Assembly (NCBI RefSeq): GCF_023055435.1
Contig: NW_025963791.1
Location: 32,736,001 to 32,800,000, forward strand
DNA from: Haliotis rufescens
Lineage: Eukaryota
Direction: 5' to 3'
DNA length: 64,000 bases
Within the stretch, counting starts at the first letter, position 1; every line of letters begins with the position of its first letter. Positions 52,864-63,308 of this stretch are shown here, in pieces. The notes under the pieces are model-generated. The model ran no database searches, had not been told where the DNA came from, and saw nothing but the letters and a program-made list of their open reading frames with translations. The translations under genes were made by a program, and so were the position numbers.

Positions 52864-52913
52864 TTTGCTTTCACTTCAGAATTTGACTGGGAAATCGCAC
52901 AAGGGGATTCCCC
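52864..52913 (-). promoter_or_regulatory. NF-kB site GGGGATTCCCC (52903-52913) and IRF-E/ISRE-like GAAGTGAAAGCAAA (52877-52864) at the 5' end of the death-domain gene
   Basis: Motifs read directly, next to an AAG|GTAATT donor (52842-52837) of a putative non-coding first exon. Function is inferred. Confidence 0.5.
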
Positions 52914-53797
52914 AACATTCGACACATCCTTTCCGCGTTGAGCTAAGATAATGAACCCTCAAAATATTGTGACCCTCACCGATCAGGTTATTCCATAACA
53001 ATTTACACAAAAAGGTATGGTAATGTTAATAATGTAATATATAGGTGGAGAAAATGTTGTGGCTAATATCTTAAATATTAAATTATGTTTCATGTAAGAA
53101 TGATATAACCACCTTGCGTTTATAAAGTGACCAGTATGACAGGGTCAACAAATACCATAAACACCGCCCGCGTTTTACCGATACAAGCCGAACGTTGAAT
53201 CGCATCATTCCGTGACGAATAGCCTAGACTGAGCACCTGTCTACATAAAAGACTAAATGCGTTGTTTGTCGCGCGAAGTAATCATGGAACCAGTTCGAAG
53301 ATCGTCCGGTCTTCACGGAATTGCACGATTGGGCACGAGTGGTCACGAATGCTAAACGCACTAACGATCAACTCGCGTTGTATTGGTTTGCTCCAGAGGA
53401 ATTTAAACACTGAGTACGTCGTGGAATTATGACATGGGTCACCCGTGAACCATCTTCTGGATGAACTCAGTGTGTGCATGCACTTATCTCTGTATATTAC
53501 ATAACATGTCATGATATAAACAATGTACCTGTGTCAATAAGACCGTTCGAACAAAATGTCAAACAATTTGTGGTACAGCACTCAAAGTTTAATACTGATT
53601 GACATGTTTACTTTTCTTATTATTCGGCAACTTGAGGTACAGTGGATTATCAAACAGTTGTGGTAGGGTAAAAAACATAGAGACAGACTGAATAAAAATT
53701 TAACTCAGTGAAAATACATTTGCATTGTCGGGTACTGCAAAATAAATATACAATATATTGCTGCTTTGGTAGGCATTTAGAAGTTGGAGTACTAAGT

Positions 53798-54069
53798 AAG
53801 GATAAGATTTATGGATGAACAACTTCTTTATTACAATTAAGAGCGACGTTATCAAGCAAGTGATAGATACTTCGACGATAATTGTCTTTACTACCCTTGT
53901 GTGTACATAACAGGCTTCTCCACTCCAGTATAACTACATCTGATATCTACTCAACTGTATAAACTTTGCCCCCTACCTGTATATATACGTGTCAATCATA
54001 CTCTGTATATCACTGAAACGTCGCTCTTAATTGTAATAAAGAAGTTGTTCATCCATAAATCTTATCCTT
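53798..54069. mobile_element. Element with perfect 53-bp inverted repeats, Penelope-like end signature
   Basis: Arms 53798-53850 and 54017-54069. The right end reads ctGAAACGTCgc...AATAAAgaagttg, as in Penelope pseudo-LTR ends; family assignment is inferred. Confidence 0.55.
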
Positions 54070-54492
54070 TATTATATACGTGTTTAGCTGACTAATTCCG
54101 ATGACTGGAGATCTCTTTAATGGAATTATTTCTATTAACATGTCCGAATGCATTGCCTAGACATATTTTGAATTAACTACGAGCTATAAATAAATGTTTC
54201 ACCAATGTCGCGACTAGTTTAAATAGCGATATTCACTCACTCATGCACGTGTGATTATGCCATTTTGTTCTCGCTACGGAACTATACTACAATGTACACT
54301 CGTTAATCAACGATTGCGGATAATAGTGAAGCCAGTGGTTGTCATGTCAACTGAAAATGAAAATTCGAGTTAATCGGCATAACCATCAGCAACCAGTAAA
54401 GTCTCGATCAAGCAGGAACGTCCATGGGAGATAACTCTTTTCATTTTTACATTTTGCCCGGCTAACGACATCCGGTTGCAAAAAAAGTAAAC

Positions 54493-56559
54493 ATGCTTCG
54501 GCGAAGTTTGACGTGTGTTTGTCGATGTTCTGGTCGTCTGATGTCGCCCTCAACATCACATATGACCAGAATACTGGCAGCGGGCTATAGGAGTCAATAC
54601 AGTATCGACAAGATATACCCAAACAGCGAGCAAGACTACCTTGGCTCAACAGCATTCACGGTTCGTGCACAGGTGGATAAATTGTCCTAATTTCGATCAC
54701 ATTGATCATTTCAGAAGGTGAATTGTAGCTTTGTCAGGGACGCTACGTCAAACCGTGTCTATTAGTTGATAGGTAAGGGTACACTATTTATAAACAATGT
54801 CAGAAGGAGCGAAAAAAGTTTAGTGGAATCAGTAGAGGACATAGTCACATATCCCTAAAACAAACAAACCAACAACTCATTTTGCAAAAGTGTCCTAATA
54901 ATTGCTCAGAGCAACATAAAAACATAAGCCCTTTCTTAAAATATCCACTTCTGGGTGCAAGTAATAACTCTACAGGGGATAGAAAGTGTGAAATGATTTT
55001 GTGGAATTTAAGTTTATTTGATTAGAAAAAATCAATTTTATTTATTTCCTCTCAAGCATGCAGCCATTTTTCCTCAAAATATCAGAAATACAAGAACTGA
55101 TCTGAACCAGCTGATCATTTAAACTGTACTGGCTAGTGACCATCCAATGGACATCCATTTTATAGACGCCTTGGTGGCTGAGTGGGTAGATGCTAACTTT
55201 TGTGTTGGGTCGATTATGCGATTAGGCGATAGGACTCCCTATCTTAATATCGTTTCCAGTATCAAGTATAGTGCAGTGTTCGAAATACCTGCCTGCCCGA
55301 CCGTCCGAGACGGGTTGATTTCAACTCGGGCTGCCAGATTTTCAAACCCCCCCTGCCCGACGGTCAGGTTATATTTCATATGTGACAATATTCTAAATAT
55401 TTCCCGATGATAATCATTAATTCACATGTAAAGATGAATGATAAAATGTAACCAAAAAGAAACCCTGTTAGTTTATCCTGAGAAACATATGATTATAGTG
55501 GGCAGGCAGGTTTTGGTCAGGGCTGGCAAGTATTTCAGCTAGCCAGTCCTGTGGTCTGGCTGAAATTTTTGGGAGTTTCATACCCTGGTATAGTGTCAGT
55601 TATATTTTATATAAATGCAGTCAGAAACAGCCTATATCAAACATGCCTCCCGTTGCCATGTGATTCCCATTCTGATTCATTGAATGATGTCCTGTTCCTT
55701 TTTTTTCAGCATTCAAGTTCTGTCACTCCGGATGGGAAAGAGTTGTTCTCAGGCTATATTCCAATAAGTATGTAGAAATAAACTTTCATCATCTCAAGAT
55801 TCCTAACGTGTAGGATACTGGGACTATCACAGCTACAACACATTTGCAGTGTATCATGTATATAGTTCTGTCCAGGAGTAGTCAGGAATCTCTTGTACAG
55901 CTCCCCAGTTCCCGAACTATTCATCTCAAGGTCCACCTCAATATTACAAAGAAAATATATTTTGTTAAGATTAATGGACCAGACCACACGTGCATGTGTA
56001 CATGGTGATGATTTTACAGCTACAATTATTACTGCTGTTCAATAAATTGTTAAATTAGAAGACGATAGTTATAGGAATGATAAGAATGTCATGCACTAAA
56101 TGGGCACATGTGCATAGTTTATCATAGAAGTATCATGTAAACAACCATGGCAAGTATAATCCTGTAAGTTTCATGCATAAAACAGGAGATACTTTTAGAG
56201 GTCAAAGGTTATAGCTAGGTCATATTTTGGCTGTAAGCTTGAAGCGAGTAATCAGCGTTAGAAGTTTTCACTAGTCCTATAGTCCTTGCCAAACTGCCCA
56301 ATAGTAAAGGTATCATAAGGACAAGTAGAAATTTGCCATTTTTAAGGGTTTTGCTATATGTTATCATTATAAGGACTAGTGGACTGAAACTGTTAGTTTC
56401 TACCGCTGGTAATAGAGTATGTAGACTTGGTTTTATTGGGATAATTGACACTGTATGAAAATCTATATAGTCTTCATTCAGGTATATTTCCTATTTCAGA
56501 TAAACTTGACATCAAGTACTCTAGGGGAAGTGGGCCAGGAGGTCAGAATGTCAACAAAG
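54493..56559 (+). CDS. MRPL58: Mitochondrial peptidyl-tRNA hydrolase ICT1 / mL62, first three exons (gene continues beyond window)
   Basis: Exons 54493-54672 (Arg-rich presequence, YRSQYSIDKIYP), 55710-55767 (FSGYIPI), 56500-56559 (KLDIKYSRGSGPGGQNVNK, GGQ motif). GT-AG introns, phases 0/1/1 consistent. Confidence 0.9.
55274..55587. mobile_element. hAT-type MITE in MRPL58 intron 1
   Basis: CAGTGTTCGAAA...TTTCATACCCTG termini; perfect 8-bp TSD gtatagtg (55266-55273/55588-55595). Confidence 0.85.
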
Positions 56560-56615
56560 GTTTGTCTAATTTTTCGATGAAATAATATTGTCATAAAACA
56601 TTCATTCATGCCTTC

Positions 56616-56891
56616 GGGGGCACGGGTGGCCCAGTCGTCTAAGGCGCCGCAATTCGCTGTGCAGAGTTGCGTCCCTTGGGCACGCCAGAAACCTATGATT
56701 ACATGTTCTAATCCCGGTTCGCCCCGATTATGTTTCTAGATTTGTCAGCACCATACATGTGCTTGTGGGTTTTACCGAAGTGGTAAAAGTCTGAGACCTG
56801 CATCACTTCGGGCTTTCCTCCGACATTAAGCTGACACGCTGTGATGAAACGGGAATACTGTTACAATCGGCGTTAAACCCAACTCACTCAC
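56616..56891 (+). mobile_element. SINE family B copy in MRPL58 intron 3
   Basis: Full head-to-tail match to the other copies. Confidence 0.9.
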
Positions 56892-57163
56892 CCATGTTCC
56901 GTAGAACATTAAAGTAAAATGAAGTTCTCAAGTGAAGGAAACAGTCAGTACTTCTATGGCCAACCAGTATCAAGGATAATCAAATATTCTCTAAAGATTG
57001 AACCTGGGTACAAGTCTTATTAAGTTCGCATATTGTGGCCATGACTTTCACCACGGTAGCTTTTAGCAAACAAACATCTGTTGTCCAATCATGAAAATGA
57101 GATCTTAGTTCTGAGGTCTGAGGACATCCTACTTACAGGTCTGAGGACATCCTACTACAGGTC

Positions 57164-57426
57164 GACCCGTGAAGATTCCGGGGTAGAATAGGTCTTCAGC
57201 AACCCACGCTTGCCGTAAAAGGCGACTATGCTTGTTGTAAAAGGATCGGGTGGTCAGGCTCGCTGACTTGGTTGATGCATGTCATCGATCCCAATTGCGT
57301 GGATCGATGATCATGATATCAATCACTGGATTGTCTGGTCCAGACTCGATTATTTACAGACCGCCGTCACGTAGCTTGAATATTGCTGAGTGTGGCGTTA
57401 AACAACAACAAACCAAACAAACCAAA
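57164..57426 (+). mobile_element. Short retroposon family C (no tRNA head, structured 5' end, AAAC-repeat tail)
   Basis: TSD cctactacaggtc/cctaccacaggtc (57151-57163/57427-57439). Other copies or fragments: 6769-6990(+), 9091-9225(-), 16560-16700(-), 27403-27487(+, internally deleted), 33600-33765(-), 35663-35814(+), 35815-35858(-, head), 40657-40852(+), 44480-44720(-), 51965-52182(-). Confidence 0.85.
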
Positions 57427-58449
57427 CCTACCACAGGTCATGTCAGAATGACACTTCACGAACATTGACTGCCCAATGAAATGCCTAAGAGGAAAGTCAA
57501 CATTAACCGATCAGAAAACTTATCAGAGCTTCATGAGGCTAGTTTTTCTTCCAGAATATGCTATGAAAAATATCTGAACAAAGTTCTCGATTCAAAATGT
57601 GAAAACTGAACAAAAGACAGTTCTGGGATGTTTAACAGGTGACTTGGATTGTATTGCAGTACACTACTTACAGGCTATGGAAAGTTTCCTCCCTGGTACA
57701 TGTACATGTACATGGTACATCCCATTGAACATGTTGAAATAAGAGATAGATGATGCTTCGTGCTAAATGTCCATGTTAACCTTTTCCAGGTTGTATGGTT
57801 AGAAAACATATATTTTTTAACTTATCCTGCATTACTCCGTATTGCATTTACTGCTGTCTTTGACAGAGAGACGAACTGTGTGAGATCCAGCTGCTGAAGA
57901 AAGTTGTTTCCATCTGTCCAGGAAGCAGCGCCCCCTCCCACACAGTCGGCACGTGACCCGGAAGACATGACGTCATGTCAAAACTCATAACTGCTTTGTC
58001 AACCACATGGATCGGACGTGAACTGTATCCCTCAGTGGAATTATTAAAGAGAGCTTTCTTGGTCCTGACTTTCTTTCGTTTTCTACGACAAAAGTCTGCT
58101 GTATTACCTTTGCCTTCATTATATTGTTAATTGGTAATGTTTCTCGCTCGGGTTCTGACTCTCGTCACGGTTTTTCCGAGCGTATTGTTGTTTCCCGCCA
58201 TTTTGGTTTACCGCCATTTTTTCCTGCCCTGTTGCGATTCACTACATGTCCACGTACTTTCGTGTTTTGTGTCTTGAATTCGCTCTATGGTTGGAGTTTT
58301 ACATTAAGTTTAATGATTGTTTTCGGCGTGTTTGAAGCGTAATTGTTTGCTCTTATTAACTTTGTAACAAAAGAATAAGTTATGTTGAGTTACATTATGT
58401 TTCACGTTGTGTGTTTACACATCGTTATGTTTTTTGCTTCAATTCCAGT

Positions 58450-60348
58450 ATGTCTCGCTGCTCTCGCTGCCGCGGGAATAAATCTGGACGGGACCCCCAC
58501 CCCTGCTGCCTGGACTGTACAACCCCGTGTACCCTCACAGAGCGTTGCAGTTATTGTAGTCCCCTGTCGCCAGTCGCCTTCACCGCCTACCTCAGAGTGT
58601 CTCGGAAACGATTCACCCAGCGTGTGCGTCGACTCGCCAACATGTCATCCAACGTAGAGTCTGCCTCCCATGGCACGACATCCGACCGTACACGGTCTCC
58701 TACACCACCCTTACCGTCATCTGCTTCGACATCATCGTCTGCAGCATCGCCCGTTTCGGGTTTCCTGTCACCTCTACCATCTACGACGACAACTCCGGCG
58801 CCTCTTGGTCCTGCGCCTCCGGCGCCTCCGATCTACCCGGCGCCTCTTGGTCCGGCGCCTCCGATGTACCCGGCGCCTCCGATGTACCCGGCGCCTCTTG
58901 GTCTGGCGCCTCCAGCGCCTCCGATCTACCCGGCGCCTCTTGGTCCGGCGCCTCCGATCTATCCGGCGCCTCCGATGTATCCGGCGCCTCTTGGTCCGGC
59001 GCCTCTGATGTCTTCGATGTATACGGCGCCTCTGACTACTTCGGCGCCTTTGACTTGTGCTGCGCCTCCTACTTATGGACATGCCCTTCCGTCATCGTTC
59101 ATGGATCCATCTTGGATGCAAGCTTGGATGCAGTCATTGTTTGCGCAAGCTCAACCCACCTCAGCGACGCCGACGGTGCCTCCTGCGACGCCGGCGACGC
59201 TGACGGCCCCGACTACTGTTACTGCGATTCCTGAGGCCCCCTCCACATCGGGTGCTTCTCGGTCTCGAACATTGTACACCTCGTCGCCTCCGACTGTCTC
59301 TCGGCACTCGTCCAAGTCTGCTCGTTCCCGTCGTCGCTCTCGTAGTCGCTCTCGTAGTCACTCACCCGTACATAGACGACGACGTCGTTCCTCCTCCTCG
59401 GAAGGATCATTTCGCCCCAACTATGACCCTCCATCTCCCGAGATTGATACACACTTGGGCCTTTCACAGGTTGCTGATTGGTTGGCGGACCGTCTGGCCT
59501 CCGTCGCTCCCTCCCCGGGCTCCGATGTGGATAAAAAGTTGACGATCTGGTCTAATCCGACTTCTCTACCACCCGACCCAATGCTCATTGACCTGGTTAC
59601 GGCGTTGGACGAGGACTTCGCTAGGTTGTCCCTCACGCCGTCGTTCAAGGCTCCGCGTTTCCGGCGGGAAGATTTCCCCGTCCACTCCTTCGACGTGGCC
59701 GACGGTGCACATATCCTGGACGAGGACTTACATCGAATGACCGGGTCTTCTCAGTCCGTCACCATACGTATGCCGGACTCCCGACTCGCTTTCGTGGAAA
59801 CAGAACTGCGCCGTACTTTGAAGCCACTATCTACACTTGCTTCATCTGCCAGAGCCATTGACCAGGATCTCGCTGAATCCAATCCTAACAGGATCGACCA
59901 CTTGCGCACGGTTATGACGTTCCAACTTCGCCAGATCGATCACATGCGCAATCACCTGAGAGCTGCGCTTGTGGAGATCACCACTACTCGACGGTTGGGT
60001 TACTTGACTTCCACGGACTGGGATTCCGAATTCAAGCGTTCCTTACTACGACAACCTTGGTCGGGTCCTACCCTTTTTAATGGTGCTATCTCCGCTACCC
60101 ACACCCGCGTCTCCAGTTTCGCCAGGGATGAAACTGCTCTCAGAGCCTTGGAGCATGTAACACACCAATCCGCGGCCAAGTCCTCCAAAGGCAACTATAA
60201 ACCACGCCGTTCCTCCCTCAAGGTCGTCTCCAAACATACCTCGCCCTTTCGTGGGACAGGGCGTGGTCGTGGTAGAGCCCGTGGCACTTACCAACCCCGA
60301 AGGGATCGTCGCCCCGGCAAGGGGGCCGATTCCACCTCGAAGCGTTGA
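58450..60348 (+). CDS. gag: DIRS Gag-like ORF1, 632 aa
   Basis: Intact ORF. N-terminal Cys/His cluster (CSRC...DPHPCCLDC...CTLTERCSYC), Pro-rich PAPLGPAPPxY repeats at about 58795-59003, RS-rich tract, basic RG-rich C-terminus. Confidence 0.9.
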   Translation: MSRCSRCRGNKSGRDPHPCCLDCTTPCTLTERCSYCSPLSPVAFTAYLRVSRKRFTQRVRRLANMSSNVESASHGTTSDRTRSPTPPLPSSASTSSSAASPVSGFLSPLPSTTTTPAPLGPAPPAPPIYPAPLGPAPPMYPAPPMYPAPLGLAPPAPPIYPAPLGPAPPIYPAPPMYPAPLGPAPLMSSMYTAPLTTSAPLTCAAPPTYGHALPSSFMDPSWMQAWMQSLFAQAQPTSATPTVPPATPATLTAPTTVTAIPEAPSTSGASRSRTLYTSSPPTVSRHSSKSARSRRRSRSRSRSHSPVHRRRRRSSSSEGSFRPNYDPPSPEIDTHLGLSQVADWLADRLASVAPSPGSDVDKKLTIWSNPTSLPPDPMLIDLVTALDEDFARLSLTPSFKAPRFRREDFPVHSFDVADGAHILDEDLHRMTGSSQSVTIRMPDSRLAFVETELRRTLKPLSTLASSARAIDQDLAESNPNRIDHLRTVMTFQLRQIDHMRNHLRAALVEITTTRRLGYLTSTDWDSEFKRSLLRQPWSGPTLFNGAISATHTRVSSFARDETALRALEHVTHQSAAKSSKGNYKPRRSSLKVVSKHTSPFRGTGRGRGRARGTYQPRRDRRPGKGADSTSKR

Positions 60349-62258
60349 CCGGCGGCACCTCAACGACTGGGACCTCCCACCCCAAGTCGTTCCGGTAACC
60401 GACACACCTGTGGGTGGGAGACTAGGCCGGTTTTGGAGAAACTGGTCCATACTGGAGGACCCGTTCGTCACCGACATCCTCCGTCAGGGGTACCGGCTCC
60501 CATTGTCTGCGCTGCCTCCTCTGACGTCTACTCCGTCAACGGCCGCTTATTCACCCCACCAGCTTCGGCCCCTTCACGACAGCATCCTTTCCCTACTGCA
60601 GAAGGAGGCCATAGAGATCGTACACGACCCGGCTCGACACCCAGGATTTTACTCTCCGGTGTTTCTGGTGCCCAAGAAGGGGACCACCAGCTGGCGCATG
60701 ATACACAATCTCTCCACTTTCAACCGGCTCTACCTGGAACGTCCTCCCTACTTCCGCATGACGACGTTGCGACTGCTCAGGACGAGAATCTCAGCTGGCG
60801 ATTCCCTGATCAGCCTCGACATCCAGGACGCCTATCTTCATGTCCCCATCCACCCCAACGACCGGCGTTTCCTCAGGTTCCTTTTCAATGGTACCCATTA
60901 CCAGTGGGCGGTCCTACCATTTGGAATTTCTACGGCCCCGTGGCTTTTCACACGGATCACCCGCCCGGTCGCCGCCTACCTACACCTGAGGAACATCAAC
61001 TTCGATCCATACATCGACGATTGTCTCCTCAACAATCGGGACTCGGCGTTGCTACTGCGTCACAGGGATTTTACCCTGCGGCTCTTCAATCAGTTGGGTT
61101 GGATCGTCAATCAGACCAAGTCGGAGCTGATCCCATCGTTCCGTCTGCAGTTTATCGGGGGCCTGTTTCTCACGGATCTCGACCTCCTTCAAGTCCCCAG
61201 AGACAGGTGGTTGAAAATCCTCGCTCATCTCTTCCCTGCCCTTCAACAGGCTCGAACTCTCCGCCAATGGCAGGTTCTATTGGGTCTCCTCACGTCGGCT
61301 CAAGACCTGACTGCCAGAGGTCGCCTCCAGCTCCGTCCAATTCAACGGTTTCTCGCACCCTTTATCCGGCAGCAGGATCCGGAGTCCCTCATCGTCCTCC
61401 CGGTCCACCTCCACCCCTTCCTCCGATGGTGGACGGTGGAATCGAACGTCTGCGGCGGCGTCTCCTTGACCGCGCTACAGCCCTCCCTCCACCTGTTCGT
61501 CGACGCATCCAAACAGGGTTGGGGGGCTCATCTGGGGACTCAAACAGTTGCAGGGCTGTGGTCAGGAGATCGACTCTTCTGGCACAGCAACAACCTCGAA
61601 CTCGAAGCTCTCATACTGGCCGTCTCCCACTGGCAGAGCATTCTCCGGCACGGCCAGTTGGCCATCTCCACGGACAACATCACCGTGGTGTGGTGTCTGA
61701 GGAATCAGGGTACTCTCCACTCTCAGTCCCTGCTCAACCAGACCTTCCGATTTTTCGACCTGGTGGACCGTTTAGACTTGCAATTCCTTGTTCAGCACAT
61801 TCCAGGTTGCCGGAATGTTCTGGCAGACGCTCTGTCCAGGCCGGACAAGGTGGCTCCCACCGAATGGCGACTCCACCCAGAGATCTTCACAGTCCTTTGT
61901 CAAACGATCGCCTCTCCAAACATCGATCTGTTCGCCACGTCTCAGAACTGCCAGCTGCCGACTTACATCTCGCCGGTCCCGGATCTGGCCGCTGTAGCAG
62001 TCGACGCCTTCAGTGTTCCCTGGGAGGGATTAAGCGCGTACGCTTTTCCGCCTCCGGTTCTCCTTCCTGACACTGATTTTGGTCGCGCCTTGGTGGCTGG
62101 CCAGAAGTTGGTTTGTCGACCTCCGAAACGTCGCCAGAGACAACCCTCTAGAACTGCCAGCGTGGTCCAACCTTCTGCTTCACCCACACAGTCGGTTGCC
62201 CCACCCAAGTCCCGCTCGGTTTCATCTGCACGCCTGGCACATCTGCAAAAAGCCCTAG
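60251..62258 (+). pseudogene. pol: DIRS pol: reverse transcriptase, RNase H and methyltransferase-like domain, frameshifted at about 62069
   Basis: FYSPVFLVPKK, LDIQDAYLHVPI, LPFGISTAP, YIDD; RNase H motifs FVDAS, NLELEA, TDN, NVLADALSR; MT-like IDLFAT...DAF...YAFPP. The C-terminus TLILVAPWW...HLHAWHICKKP* is in a shifted frame at 62070-62258. Confidence 0.9.
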
Positions 62259-63308
62259 GAGCCAAGGGCTATTCGACTAGAGCAGCCAAGGCTATTGCTT
62301 TCGCCCATCGTCCATCTACACGGGGACTATATGATGACAAATGGTCCTCGTTCCAGGCGTTCTGCTCTGACAAGCATCAGGATCCGATGACGGCATCCCC
62401 GCAGTTCCTGGCTGAGTTTCTTCTATACTTGCGCAGCACGCGTCGATTAAAAGGCTCTACCATCTCCACGTACCTGGTCGCCATTAACTCCGTCCTTGCC
62501 ATTCCGGACGACCGGAGAATGACGAAAATTCCCGAACTCCAGGCTATGCTGCGCTCGTTTCGTCTCGACGACCAGAAAGCCAAATTCAGACCGCCTGCGT
62601 GGGATCTGAATGTGGTCTTAAAGGCTCTTCGGGAGGCTCCCTTCGAACCACTCCACACGTCTTCCTTTTACGACTTAACGAAGAAGACGGTGTTTCTACT
62701 GGCCTTGGCTACTGCCGCACGGGTTAGTGAGCTCCACGCCCTCGACGTCTCTCGGGTCAGGTTCGAACGCGGGACTCATGGAGCAGTTCATCTTGGGCTG
62801 TGCTGGGACTTCATCGCAAAGAATCAACTCCCCGGACAGCCTGATAGATCCTTCACCATCCCTCCACTTTCGTCGATTGTGGGTGCCGACGACGTGGAGG
62901 AGCTCTTATTATGCCCAGTTAGGGCCCTGAAGGTTTTCCTGCGACGCTAAAGCCTGCCGTAAGTCTAGGAAACGCCTTTTCCTACCGGTCTCCCCTTCGT
63001 CGCTGTCGGAGGTCAGCCGGAATACTATCTCCCTGTGGCTCCGGGCGGTCATCCTCCAATCTTATAAAGTCGCCGGATTGGACCCCCCCAAGGCTAACAA
63101 CCCCCACGAGATTCGCGCGGTCGCGTCTACCATGGCTCTGCAGAGTAACTGTTCCCTCAAATCTATCATGGAAGGCTGTTTTTGGCGTTCCGACACCGTT
63201 TTCGCCAACCACTACCTCCGTGATGTAGCCTTGGAAGATGTCGCTGGCGTTCATAGCTTTGGTCCCCTGGTGGTAGCTCAACAGGTCACCAACCCCCGAC
63301 GCCACTGA
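60433..63308 (+). pseudogene. DIRS tyrosine recombinase ORF3 overlapping pol, broken by frameshifts at about 62069 and 62948
   Basis: Catalytic motifs ATAARVSELH (R), PHEIR (HxxR) and FWRS...NHYLRD (W, Y). The N-terminal 545 codons (60433-62070) overlap pol; the last part is in frame 62949-63308. Confidence 0.85.

Noticed and set aside
58670-59361. Arg-rich protamine-like ORFs
   Set aside because: Alternative-frame and antisense readings of the Pro/Ser-rich gag repeats.
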